NCBI GenBank assembly: GCA_001818495.1
Contig: MHKS01000005.1
Span: forward strand, 12,288 to 76,287
Length of the DNA: 64,000 bases
Reading direction: 5' to 3'
Source: Candidatus Komeilibacteria bacterium RIFOXYD1_FULL_37_29
GTDB lineage: Bacteria > Patescibacteriota > Patescibacteriia > UBA1558 > GWA2-36-10
Made by a program: the position numbers and the translations under genes. Shown piece after piece: positions 38,609 through 48,347 of the stretch (the first letter of the stretch is position 1; each line of letters starts with the position of its first letter). A model generated the notes under the pieces. It was given only the letters and a program-made list of their open reading frames with translations. It had not been told where the DNA came from and ran no database searches.

Positions 38609-40189
38609 TTAGATAATCCTATATATTATTGTTTTATCATTTTGATAAACTTCTTTGGCTCCTTGATCTCTGAAAAGATTTTTTATCATTTGATCATGGC
38701 CAAATTTATCTACAAAGATATATTGAGCTTGGAAATATTTTTTTATGTAACTAGCTGGTTTGTAGCTAATATTACCATAAGTTAGCTCTCTATAAAGCCA
38801 GTGTAAATTAGCATCGTAATTTTCTATGAAAGTAGGGTCTAAACCTATAATGTAGTAGTTGTGCGAGCTGTTGTAAAAGAGAATAGGCCATTCATCCCAA
38901 TCACTGTGAAATACTATAGAGTTTTTTGGGGTATTTTTTTCTAACCACTGGCTAGCGGGAACAAATTGGTTTATTTCATAACGGCCTGATAAACGGACAT
39001 TTAATATTTTATCATAGGTTATGGGCATAATCATAATCAGCAAAAGAGTAAAGAATATCATTAAGTAAAGCCGCATTTTAGAAGAGAAATTTTGCCATTT
39101 TATTAAATATTTTTTCTTATCTAAAAATTTATTAATATCTTTGGTGGCACTAGCGGTAAATAGAAGAGCAAATGGTAAGCAATATTCTATATATCTTTTG
39201 GATTTTAGAGTTAAGAGGAAAAATCCCAAGGCCATTAAAAAACTAAAAATACTCAAGTGGCTGGTTTTTTTTATATTTAATAGTAAAACAGCCATGGCCA
39301 ATAGAGCCACAGCGAATAAGTGAGGAGCAGAAGAAACAATTTGACTCAAGGTAGCGCCATACCATTCGCTACCGACAGTAAATTTATCACCCATATTTAT
39401 CACCCCAATTTGTAAAAATTGCTGGTAGTAAAAATAAATATTTTGTGGCCAATAAGGATTGACTATTAATCCAGTGATTAATCCAGCTAATAGGTATGAG
39501 GCTGTTTTTAGCAATTTTGGCCTTTTTTTAAAATGGTCTAGTATTTCAATGCGTTGATTTATAAATATTTTTAACTTATGTTTACTTAATTGGCGATAGA
39601 TTTTTTCTGATAAAATGTAGACAGTTAGTATCACTAGAGCCATTGGCCACCCGCCATAGAGCCAAACAAATAAAATTCCCAGCAGAGTGCTCAGTAGATA
39701 TTTTTGTTTAAATAGAGCGTAAATTATTAGGTAGATAATTAAAAGAGATAAGCTGTTGACTTTGATCAAGGAGATGCGCCAATTAAGGCCATTGAGTATT
39801 AAAAAAGATAGAGCAAATATTAGAGGCCAAGGTATTTTAAATTTTTTCAAAAGCCAGTAAAAAATCAGTATCATAGCCATAGAAAAAAATACAGTAGCGA
39901 TTTTGACAGCTAGTAAAGGGTCCCAAAAAATAGTAAAAGGAGCTAGGAGAATATGATAAAGAAGTTGATGGTCTGTGAAGTTGTCTTTGAGGGTACTAAA
40001 TTGCATCCAGGGTAGGCTTTTTATAAATATACCTTGGCTAATCAGCTGGGCAAGCTTAGCATGATAAAAACCATCAGGATCACCTATAAAATTATTCCAT
40101 TGAATCTGGCCGTAGTAAATAGACATGGTGAAAGCTAGTAGCCAATAGTCTATTTTGTATTTTTCTTTTAGCTTTTTTATGTTAAGCAT
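38609..40189 (-). CDS. large polytopic membrane protein, GT-C fold-like (ArnT/PMT/YfhO-like)
   Basis: 526 aa with about 12 TM helices and an N-terminal DPDGFYHAKLAQLISQG loop motif. Confidence 0.45.
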   Translation of the reverse strand: MLNIKKLKEKYKIDYWLLAFTMSIYYGQIQWNNFIGDPDGFYHAKLAQLISQGIFIKSLPWMQFSTLKDNFTDHQLLYHILLAPFTIFWDPLLAVKIATVFFSMAMILIFYWLLKKFKIPWPLIFALSFLILNGLNWRISLIKVNSLSLLIIYLIIYALFKQKYLLSTLLGILFVWLYGGWPMALVILTVYILSEKIYRQLSKHKLKIFINQRIEILDHFKKRPKLLKTASYLLAGLITGLIVNPYWPQNIYFYYQQFLQIGVINMGDKFTVGSEWYGATLSQIVSSAPHLFAVALLAMAVLLLNIKKTSHLSIFSFLMALGFFLLTLKSKRYIEYCLPFALLFTASATKDINKFLDKKKYLIKWQNFSSKMRLYLMIFFTLLLIMIMPITYDKILNVRLSGRYEINQFVPASQWLEKNTPKNSIVFHSDWDEWPILFYNSSHNYYIIGLDPTFIENYDANLHWLYRELTYGNISYKPASYIKKYFQAQYIFVDKFGHDQMIKNLFRDQGAKEVYQNDKTIIYRII

Positions 40190-40416
40190 GCTTTTATTTT
40201 ATCAAAAATAGCCCTAATAAGAAAGCCCGAAAAACAAAAAATCTCCGCCAGGCACGGGTGCGGAGATTGGAGCTAGTTAATGAATACTTGTATCTTATTA
40301 TTTAAATTTTCATCAGTCAAGTGGATATCTATTTATTAGCTTAGGAGAGAATCTCAAGATTGATTTTTTGGTCTATTATTGCTAAGATATTACAAGAAAT
40401 CTATTAAATATTTTTT

Positions 40417-41124
40417 ATGAGTGGACACAGCAAGTGGGCAACAACCAAGCGCGCTAAAGAAGGTAAAGACGCTAAACGTAGTAGTTTATTTACCAAAATA
40501 TCCAAGATTATCAGTGTAGCGGCGCGCGATGGAGCTGATCCAGAGATGAATTTTAAATTAAGAATGGCCATAGACAAAGCTAAGACTTTTTCTATGCCCA
40601 AGGAAAACATAGACCGAGCCGTCAAAAAAGGCAGTGGGGATAGCGGAGAGACCAGAATAGAAAACTATATTTATGAGGGTTATGGTCCGGGCGGTGTAGC
40701 TTTGATTTTAGAGGTTTTGACCGATAATAAGAACAGAAGCGCTTCTAATATCAAACATATTTTTAGTAAATTCGGAGGCAATATGGGAGCAGAGGGCAGT
40801 GTGCGGTGGATGTTTGAAACCAAAGGGCAGATTACCTTGAAACAATCTCAGCTAACAGAAGAAGACGAATTAAAAATTATTGAGGCGGGCGCAGAGGATA
40901 TTGAAAATGAAGATGATAAAATAAAAGTAATCGTGGTTTTAGAGGAGCTAGAGAAAATAAAAAATAAATTACAGACAGTCGGATTTGCAGTGGAATCATC
41001 GGAGATGGTTTATCGGGCTAAGGATAAGGTAGTATCAGCCAAAGAAGAACAGCTTTTGAAACTCATGGATGCTTTAGATGATGATGACGATGTCAATAAT
41101 ATTTATACTAACGCGGATATTTAA
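40417..41124 (+). CDS. yebC: YebC/PmpR-family DNA-binding regulator
   Basis: MSGHSKWATTKRAKEGKDAKR is a hallmark N-terminus of this family. Confidence 0.9.
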   Translation: MSGHSKWATTKRAKEGKDAKRSSLFTKISKIISVAARDGADPEMNFKLRMAIDKAKTFSMPKENIDRAVKKGSGDSGETRIENYIYEGYGPGGVALILEVLTDNKNRSASNIKHIFSKFGGNMGAEGSVRWMFETKGQITLKQSQLTEEDELKIIEAGAEDIENEDDKIKVIVVLEELEKIKNKLQTVGFAVESSEMVYRAKDKVVSAKEEQLLKLMDALDDDDDVNNIYTNADI

Positions 41125-41618
41125 TGCTAAAAAAAGATAAAATAATTTTAGGTTTTGATCCGGGTATAGCAGACACCGGCTGGGGTTTGATATCAAAGAA
41201 TAACCAAAGCTTGCGGTTTATTGCGGCTGGTAGTATCAAAACAGCTAAAGGAAAGAAATTTTCTAGTCGTTTGGAGATTATATATCAAGAAGTAGATGAA
41301 TTGATAAAAAAATATCAGCCAGATATTGTAGCGGTTGAAAAGTTATTTTTTGCCAAAAATGCCAAAACCGCTCTAGATGTTGGTCAGGCACGAGGGGTTC
41401 TTTTATTAGCTATTATAAAAAATAATAAAGAAATATTAGAGTTTACCCCTTTACAGATTAAGCAGGCTGTTTGTGCCAATGGACAGGCGGCTAAGAAGCA
41501 GGTTGGTTTAATGGTTAAGGCCATTTTGAAGCTTACGGCAGTTCCTCAGCCCGATGATGCAGCTGATGGCTTGGCCACAGCTATTACCGCTTCATTTTTT
41601 AATAAAAATATAGCTTAA
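41124..41618 (+). CDS. ruvC: crossover junction endodeoxyribonuclease RuvC
   Basis: 164 aa with the N-terminal ILGFDPGIADTGWGLI catalytic Asp motif. Confidence 0.9.
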   Translation: MLKKDKIILGFDPGIADTGWGLISKNNQSLRFIAAGSIKTAKGKKFSSRLEIIYQEVDELIKKYQPDIVAVEKLFFAKNAKTALDVGQARGVLLLAIIKNNKEILEFTPLQIKQAVCANGQAAKKQVGLMVKAILKLTAVPQPDDAADGLATAITASFFNKNIA

Positions 41619-41620
41619 AA

Positions 41621-43096
41621 ATGAAAAAAAACCTTAAGATAGTTTCCATATCTTCAGAGGTTGATCCATATTCTAAAACTGGCGGATTGGCCGACGTGGC
41701 TCGCTCTTTGCCCAAGTCTCTTTTTCGTTTGGGTCATCAGGTAATTATTATTACCCCATTTTATGAAAAAGTGATTGATCAGGGAGCCTATAAGCTGGAT
41801 AAAATATATAGCGATGTTAGTTTGTATATGGATAGTGGAAGTGAAATTAAGGTCGCCTATTATCGGACAGAACTAGTGCCAGGATTATCAGTTTATTTTG
41901 TGGGCAATGAAAAATATTTTTCTCGTCGTAAGCAAATTTATGGATCAGACCATGAAAATGCTCGTTTTTATGTATTTTCAGTCGCCGCTTTAAAGCTGAT
42001 ATCTTTATTAAAGTTTGATGCTGATATCATACATTGCCATGATTGGCATACGGGGCTTATCCCTCATTTGAAGAAAACTCGTTTTAAAGATAGTCATACT
42101 TTGGCCAAAGCAGCCACTGTTTATACTATCCATAATTTAGTTTTTCAAATGGGGCGTCCCTGGTGGGAGGTCTCCAGTAAGAATAAAGATAATGGTAAAA
42201 AAGCTTTACCACTTTTATCCGATCATAGCTTAGAGTATTTCAATTTTGCTAAACGGGGTATTTTGGAAGCTGATGTCATAAATACTGTGTCAGAAACTTA
42301 TGCCCAAGAAATAATGGCCAAAGATTTTGGTCAAGACCTCCATCGTATTTTGCTCAATCGTCGTCACAAGTTATTTGGAGTAGTAAACGGCATTGATTAT
42401 AAAAATTATAATCCTAAAACCGATCGGGGTTTATATAAAAATTATACGCCCGACAAAATAGATTTGAAATTATTGAATAAAAGGTATTTACAAAAGTTTT
42501 ATCATTTACCGGTCAAAGATAATATCCCGCTGCTTGGTTTTACTTCTCGGATTGCTGAGCAAAAAGGCCTGGATTTAATTGTCGAGATACTTCCGACCTT
42601 ACTTTTGCGTGATGTGCAATTCATTATTATGGGGGATGGTGATAAGGAATATATTAATAAAATAAAAAAAATTCAGCGAAGATTTCCGTCTAAATTGGTT
42701 TGTGTGTCTTTTGACAGAAAAATGGAGACCTCTGTTTATGCTGGTGGCGATATGTTTTTACTACCTTCTCGTTTTGAACCATGCGGTATTAATCAGTTGA
42801 TTAGTTTCCGCTATGGCTGCGTGCCGATTGTCCGCAGTATCGGTGGGTTGTCTGATACAGTAGTAAATTTTGATCCCGAGACCAATTCTGGTAATGGTTT
42901 TACCTTTAAACATTATAATGCTAGTGAATTTTTAGTGGCTGTGACCAGAGCTCTGGAGACATATAAATATAAAACTGCCTGGAAGAAAGTAATTAGGAAT
43001 GGTATGGATGTTTCATTTTCTTGGGACTTGCCAGCTATTAAATATGTTCAATTATACAAGCGAGCTATAAAATTTAAGAAAGAAAATGGTAAATAA
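41621..43096 (+). CDS. glgA: glycogen/starch synthase (GT5), paralog 1
   Basis: N-terminal EVDPYSKTGGLADV, the K-x-GGL nucleotide-sugar motif. Confidence 0.85.
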   Translation: MKKNLKIVSISSEVDPYSKTGGLADVARSLPKSLFRLGHQVIIITPFYEKVIDQGAYKLDKIYSDVSLYMDSGSEIKVAYYRTELVPGLSVYFVGNEKYFSRRKQIYGSDHENARFYVFSVAALKLISLLKFDADIIHCHDWHTGLIPHLKKTRFKDSHTLAKAATVYTIHNLVFQMGRPWWEVSSKNKDNGKKALPLLSDHSLEYFNFAKRGILEADVINTVSETYAQEIMAKDFGQDLHRILLNRRHKLFGVVNGIDYKNYNPKTDRGLYKNYTPDKIDLKLLNKRYLQKFYHLPVKDNIPLLGFTSRIAEQKGLDLIVEILPTLLLRDVQFIIMGDGDKEYINKIKKIQRRFPSKLVCVSFDRKMETSVYAGGDMFLLPSRFEPCGINQLISFRYGCVPIVRSIGGLSDTVVNFDPETNSGNGFTFKHYNASEFLVAVTRALETYKYKTAWKKVIRNGMDVSFSWDLPAIKYVQLYKRAIKFKKENGK

Positions 43097-44243
43097 AATA
43101 ACTTGGGTAAATTTTTTGCATATTTATCAACCACCTTGGCAAAGCAAGGGGGTGGTTGAGCAAGTGGCTAGCGAAAGTTATGATTATTTGTTGACTTTAT
43201 TGGAAAAATATCCAAATTTTACAATAAGTTTGAATATTTCTGGATCTTTGGCCGAGCAACTAAATGTTTATCGTCCAGATTTATTAAAAAGATTAAAATC
43301 TTTAATTACTTGTGGGCAAGTAGAGCTGACTGGCAGTTCTCATTATCATGCTCTATTACCACTACTACCTAAAGTAGAGATAAAAAGACAAATACAGTTA
43401 AATCAGGAAGCCATAGATAAATATTTTGCCATTAAAAAAATGCAGGGTTTTTATTTGCCGGAAATGGCCTATTCTGATCAGATAGCAAAAATAATTAAGC
43501 AGCTGGGATTTCGGTGGATTATTTTAGATCCGATACATTGTCCAGATAAGATCCAACCAGGATTCAACTATATTCACAAATCAACCGGTCTAAAGGTAAT
43601 TTTTAGAGATCGTCAGATATCAAAGTCCTATCCAGCGGAGATTATTTTTAATAAATTAAAAGATAATCAGTCTAGCCAGACAATTATTAGTGCTACGGAC
43701 GGTGAAATTTATGGCCATTTTCATGAGGATTGGCAGGGCTGTTTGGAAAAGATTTTATTAAACAAAAATTTGAGCATGCCGACAGTTTCTCAGTATTTGG
43801 AAGTTTTTCGGCCAGTGAAAAAAATTTCTCTTCGGCCAGCTTCTTGGGAGAGTCTAGAGAGCGAAATAAAAAAAGGCATTCCCTTTGCTTTGTGGGATCA
43901 TCCCCAAAATAAGATTCATCAGCTATTGTGGTCTTTGGTAGCTTTGTCTATTAAACTAGTCAATAAGTATAAACGAGACAAAAATTGGTCTTGGGCCAGA
44001 CAGCACCTAGATCGTGGCTTGACTTCTTGCACTTTTTGGTGGGCCAGCGCTCAAAAACCATCAGATTTTTCCCCTCTAACTTGGAATCCAGACATGATAG
44101 ACAATGGTGCAGAGGAACTGATTAGATCGGTAAGGTCTTTGAGCTTAGCCACTAGCCCAGAAAAGATTAAAGCCGAGAAATTGTATATGGGTATTAAAAA
44201 AAATACTTGGTTTAATCATTGGAATAAATATAATAAAAAATAG
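43086..44243 (+). CDS. glycoside hydrolase family 57 protein (alpha-glucan branching / 4-alpha-glucanotransferase-like)
   Basis: N-terminal NFLHIYQPPWQ, the HxHQP-type motif of GH57. Confidence 0.7.
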   Translation: MVNKITWVNFLHIYQPPWQSKGVVEQVASESYDYLLTLLEKYPNFTISLNISGSLAEQLNVYRPDLLKRLKSLITCGQVELTGSSHYHALLPLLPKVEIKRQIQLNQEAIDKYFAIKKMQGFYLPEMAYSDQIAKIIKQLGFRWIILDPIHCPDKIQPGFNYIHKSTGLKVIFRDRQISKSYPAEIIFNKLKDNQSSQTIISATDGEIYGHFHEDWQGCLEKILLNKNLSMPTVSQYLEVFRPVKKISLRPASWESLESEIKKGIPFALWDHPQNKIHQLLWSLVALSIKLVNKYKRDKNWSWARQHLDRGLTSCTFWWASAQKPSDFSPLTWNPDMIDNGAEELIRSVRSLSLATSPEKIKAEKLYMGIKKNTWFNHWNKYNKK

Positions 44244-44246
44244 TTT

Positions 44247-45314
44247 ATGAAGTTATCAGAAACTACTAAACAAAAAATCGCTCAGCTAATAGCCAAAGAT
44301 TTTGTTTGTCATATTTTTAATGAACGCTTGAAAAAGTATTATTCGGATTTTAAAGAAGTTAAAAGTATTGAAACAAAGCCTTTTAAAAAACATCTGGGAT
44401 TAACTAGTGCCGTCTTTGTAGTGGAGTATCAGATTAAATATCTGAGCAGTCAGGGCGCTTTAAAAGATTTGGATATTTTTGTTTCAGCTCATTCTGATGG
44501 TTCTAGAAAGGGAGCTTATGAAAAAACCAAGACTTTGTATGAGCATGGTTTTGGCCAAGGAAAATATAGAGTAACCAAACCTTTGTTTTTTTTGGATGAG
44601 CAACAAGCTTTTTTTTATGTCTCTTCCCCCGGCCGAAGCTTTTTTAGTTTTTTTCTAGAAAATACCCAAGCTGATTTGACCAAGGCTATGGAATTAATGG
44701 CTGGTTGGCTTAAACAGTTACACAATTTTGATACAAAAATAGCAAATTTTAAGTGGCCAATTTTTAATATTTTAGATATGGTACCTACTCCGCAAAAATT
44801 CGTTAAGGATTTTTATAATAGTAGTGACAAATTAGGCCAACACATGGATAATTTAGTCAAAGACCTTCAGGCTTTGGATTTAGAGTATCGTCAGAAAAAT
44901 AAAGAGACTTTAGTTTATGGTGATTTTCATCCAGAAAATGTCATTATGCGTGGTCTAGATGTCCAGGACATTGAAATGATTGATTTTACCGACATTGCTC
45001 TAGGAGATCCGATGATGGATATTGGTGCATTTATTCAGCAATTTGATTTTATGGGTCACAATTTTATTTCTCGCCCAGAGATTGATAGACACAAACAATC
45101 TTTTGTGGAAATTTATTTTGGTCAAAAATTTGAAGAAATTGATATTGAATATATTAACCGTATCAATTTATATCAGTCTTGGACGGCTATGCGCACCGCA
45201 GTTTTTCTTTTTTATATGAAAAATGTTTTTAATCCTATTGATGATCTTTTGCTCGATAGCATCAAGTATTTAGACATGGCCAAAAATAGTCAGCGCGCTA
45301 TTAATATTAGTTAA
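44247..45314 (+). CDS. APH/choline-kinase-fold phosphotransferase (maltokinase-like?)
   Basis: Catalytic loop GDFHPENVI and the IDFTDIALGDPMMDIGAF metal-binding segment. Confidence 0.6.
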   Translation: MKLSETTKQKIAQLIAKDFVCHIFNERLKKYYSDFKEVKSIETKPFKKHLGLTSAVFVVEYQIKYLSSQGALKDLDIFVSAHSDGSRKGAYEKTKTLYEHGFGQGKYRVTKPLFFLDEQQAFFYVSSPGRSFFSFFLENTQADLTKAMELMAGWLKQLHNFDTKIANFKWPIFNILDMVPTPQKFVKDFYNSSDKLGQHMDNLVKDLQALDLEYRQKNKETLVYGDFHPENVIMRGLDVQDIEMIDFTDIALGDPMMDIGAFIQQFDFMGHNFISRPEIDRHKQSFVEIYFGQKFEEIDIEYINRINLYQSWTAMRTAVFLFYMKNVFNPIDDLLLDSIKYLDMAKNSQRAINIS

Positions 45315-45315
45315 T

Positions 45316-45894
45316 ATGAAAAAACTTAAATACAATATTATTTTTGAAGGAGCAGAGTTAGCTGGCAAAAGCTACTTAATGAGTCAGGTTTATGATTATT
45401 TGGAGCCCAAATACAATAGTGGAGGCAAGATTATGGATGGTTGTCATTGGTTCAATTGCGATGTGGGAATTTTTGGTACCAAATTTGGTCAAAAAGCCCT
45501 CGAACATTATTTAGGACTGTTGGAGGATATAACAGATGTTAGTGTTATGATAGAAAAATTTCACCTGACGGAAGCAGTTTATCAAAAATTGTATAATCAG
45601 AAAGATTTTAATTTTTCCAAGATGGAAGAGCGGCTTTATAAGATAAAAACTAAGATTGTTTTATTAATTTTTGATGAAGATGAAAAATTACTCCAGCAAA
45701 GATTGGATGATCGCTTAAAATTGTACCATCACTATAGTCGGATTGCCAGTCGTCCGGCAGATTATATCAAACAGCAACAGCTTTATTTGGAGTTTATAAA
45801 AAAAAGTAAGTTAGATTATTTGATTATCAACTCATCGAAGTTGCCCAATCCGTCTTTGGTAGCTAAGATTTTGGAATTTTTAGGAGAAAAATAA
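45316..45894 (+). CDS. P-loop NTPase, nucleoside/nucleotide-kinase-like
   Basis: 192 aa with Walker A FEGAELAGKSY. Confidence 0.45.
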   Translation: MKKLKYNIIFEGAELAGKSYLMSQVYDYLEPKYNSGGKIMDGCHWFNCDVGIFGTKFGQKALEHYLGLLEDITDVSVMIEKFHLTEAVYQKLYNQKDFNFSKMEERLYKIKTKIVLLIFDEDEKLLQQRLDDRLKLYHHYSRIASRPADYIKQQQLYLEFIKKSKLDYLIINSSKLPNPSLVAKILEFLGEK

Positions 45895-45910
45895 TATTTA
45901 GGATAATTTT

Positions 45911-46756
45911 ATGCGCCAAGCTTTTATTGGTTTTGATGTCGGTGGCACCAACATTGCCGCCGGAATAGTTTCGCCCCATGGTAGGATTTTAAAGTTTATT
46001 TCTCATCCCGCTGAAGCTAAAAAAGGAAAAAAACAAATTGCTCAAAATACTCTATTAGTTTTGGATAGTCTTTTAAAATCCAATATTAGCTGTTTGGGGC
46101 TATGTTTGGCTTGGCCTAGTCCAGCCAATATGCCGCTAACCTTAGAGGAAATAAAGGGTATTATAAACAAGAAATATCGTTATCCAATTTATTTTGAAAA
46201 TGATGCCAATTTGTTTACTTTGGCCGAGGCTTTAATTGGTCAGGGTAAGAAATATAAAACAGTAGTGGGGCTGACTCTGGGTACTGGTATTGGTTGCGGG
46301 GTAGTAGATAATAAAAAGATTTTCAATGGGCGTGGTTTAGCTTCTGAATTTGGTCATGTTTCATTAAATTTTAATGGACCAGTTTGTGTTTGCGGTCAGC
46401 GCGGCTGTTTTGAGGAATATGCAGGATCTAGGACTTTGCGGCGCTTGGCTAAAAAATATAAATTATCCAGTCAAACTGGTCGCGAGCTTTATGATTTAGC
46501 CAAAGGTGGAAATAAAAAAGCCTTAAAAGTTTGGCAGGACTTTGGTAAAAATTTAGGCCTAGGTTTAAATGGCGTAATCAAGGCCTATGATCCAGATATT
46601 ATAGTTTTGGGTGGTCAAATATCTCGGGCTTATCAGTTTTTCAAAGGAGCTATGTATCAAGAGTTACGCTACAGGCCATTTTTTAAACTACCAATCATTA
46701 AAGTGTCAAAGTTAAAAAACGCAGCCATTGTGGCAGCCGCTTTTATGGACAAATAA
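45911..46756 (+). CDS. ROK-family glucokinase
   Basis: N-terminal FIGFDVGGTNIAAG and the ROK zinc motif CVCGQRGCFE. Confidence 0.8.
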   Translation: MRQAFIGFDVGGTNIAAGIVSPHGRILKFISHPAEAKKGKKQIAQNTLLVLDSLLKSNISCLGLCLAWPSPANMPLTLEEIKGIINKKYRYPIYFENDANLFTLAEALIGQGKKYKTVVGLTLGTGIGCGVVDNKKIFNGRGLASEFGHVSLNFNGPVCVCGQRGCFEEYAGSRTLRRLAKKYKLSSQTGRELYDLAKGGNKKALKVWQDFGKNLGLGLNGVIKAYDPDIIVLGGQISRAYQFFKGAMYQELRYRPFFKLPIIKVSKLKNAAIVAAAFMDK

Positions 46757-46858
46757 ATTAAGCAAAGCTTTCGATTAAAAGCGTCTTTTTAGTAATAGTC
46801 TAAGGAGGCGTTTTTTGGTATAATGATGGTATTAAATATTATTTAAAAACTAGCAATA

Positions 46859-48343
46859 ATGGCCGATAATAAATTAGAAATAGTCATGACTGGAGCAGAG
46901 ATGTCGCCGTTTGTTAAGGTTGGTGGTTTGGGTGATGTAGCCGGATCATTACCTTTAGCTTTGGCTAAATTGGGTGTTAATGTTAAGTTTTTTCTGCCAC
47001 TTTATGGAGCCATTGATAGAAATAAATTTAAAATTAAACAGTTTAAAAAAGATTTTAGTGTCATAATACACGGACAAGAACATTTTTTTGATATTTATCA
47101 AACCAAATTGGCGACGGGCGTCAATGTTTTTTTTATAAAAAATGAGGTGTTTGATTTCGCGGATATTTATATTGGTGGTCGCAAATATCTGGACAAGAAT
47201 AAACAGGGGGTTTATACCCGTAAGCTCAGCGACATAAAAAGATTTGTCTTTTTTTCCAAGGCAGTAGTGGAAACCATAAAACAATTGAAATGGCAGCCAG
47301 ATTTGGTCCATGCGCATGATTGGCATACGGCTATGTTGCCAGCTTTTATTGATGAATATAGCCTAAAATATGATAATTTTAAAAATATTAAGAGTCTTTA
47401 TACTATTCACAATTTGGCCAACCAAGGAGTAGCTGGTTTGGATATCTTAGATTATGCTGGTTTGGATAAAGATTTGAGTCCAGCAGTTATGGAAGATTAT
47501 CATGATCAGGACGGTGGCAAAATCAATGCCATGAAATTGGGTATCTTATCAGCTGATTATATCAATACTGTCAGCCCCAGCTATGCTAAAGAGATCTTAA
47601 CCAAAGAATATGGTGCTCATTTAGAAGAGTATTTGAATCGCCGGAAAAAACATTTAGTGGGTATTTTAAATGGTTTGGATTTTAAGTTATTTGATCCAGC
47701 CAAAGATAAAAACATCGGGCAGAATTATTCAGTTAAAGATTTTTTAAAAGGTAAGGAGAGTAATAAACAAGTTTTACAAAAAGTTAGCCAATTACCAGTC
47801 AGAGATGTTCCGGTTTTTGGTTTGGTGTCTCGTTTGGTTGCCCAGAAAGGCCTAGATATTTTACTGGAAGCCCTAGAAGAAAGGATAACTCAGTTTGATT
47901 TTCAAATAATAATACTGGGCACGGGACAAAAATATTTCGAAGATCATTTTAGGTCCTTAGCGCAAAAATATCCAGAAAAATTCGCGGCTCACATTGGTTT
48001 TTCTCTGCCTTTGGCGCAAAAAGTTTATGCGGGAGCGGATTTTTTTCTAATGCCATCTCGTTTTGAGCCTTGTGGCTTGGGGCAAATGATAGCCATGCGC
48101 TATGGGGCTATACCAGTAGTCCGAGCTACTGGGGGGTTAAAAGATACAGTAGTCGATAATAAAACCGGTTTGGTCTTTAAGGCTTATAATAAACAGGAAA
48201 TGGGGAAAGTTTTGGATAGATCTTTGACCCTCTATAAAAATAAAGCCAAATTTGTTAAAATTTTAAAGGCTGGGATGGAACAAGATTTTTCTTGGGACAA
48301 ATCGGCTAAAGAGTATTTGAAGCTCTATAATAAATTGAAATAG
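46859..48343 (+). CDS. glgA: glycogen/starch synthase (GT5), paralog 2
   Basis: N-terminal MSPFVKVGGLGDV plus GT-B C-terminal motifs; roughly 30% identical to paralog 1 by eye. Confidence 0.85.
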   Translation: MADNKLEIVMTGAEMSPFVKVGGLGDVAGSLPLALAKLGVNVKFFLPLYGAIDRNKFKIKQFKKDFSVIIHGQEHFFDIYQTKLATGVNVFFIKNEVFDFADIYIGGRKYLDKNKQGVYTRKLSDIKRFVFFSKAVVETIKQLKWQPDLVHAHDWHTAMLPAFIDEYSLKYDNFKNIKSLYTIHNLANQGVAGLDILDYAGLDKDLSPAVMEDYHDQDGGKINAMKLGILSADYINTVSPSYAKEILTKEYGAHLEEYLNRRKKHLVGILNGLDFKLFDPAKDKNIGQNYSVKDFLKGKESNKQVLQKVSQLPVRDVPVFGLVSRLVAQKGLDILLEALEERITQFDFQIIILGTGQKYFEDHFRSLAQKYPEKFAAHIGFSLPLAQKVYAGADFFLMPSRFEPCGLGQMIAMRYGAIPVVRATGGLKDTVVDNKTGLVFKAYNKQEMGKVLDRSLTLYKNKAKFVKILKAGMEQDFSWDKSAKEYLKLYNKLK

Positions 48344-48347
48344 CCTT

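Noticed and set aside
40404-40625. 73-aa ORF antisense to the yebC start
   Set aside because: Antisense to a well-conserved gene; no independent signals.
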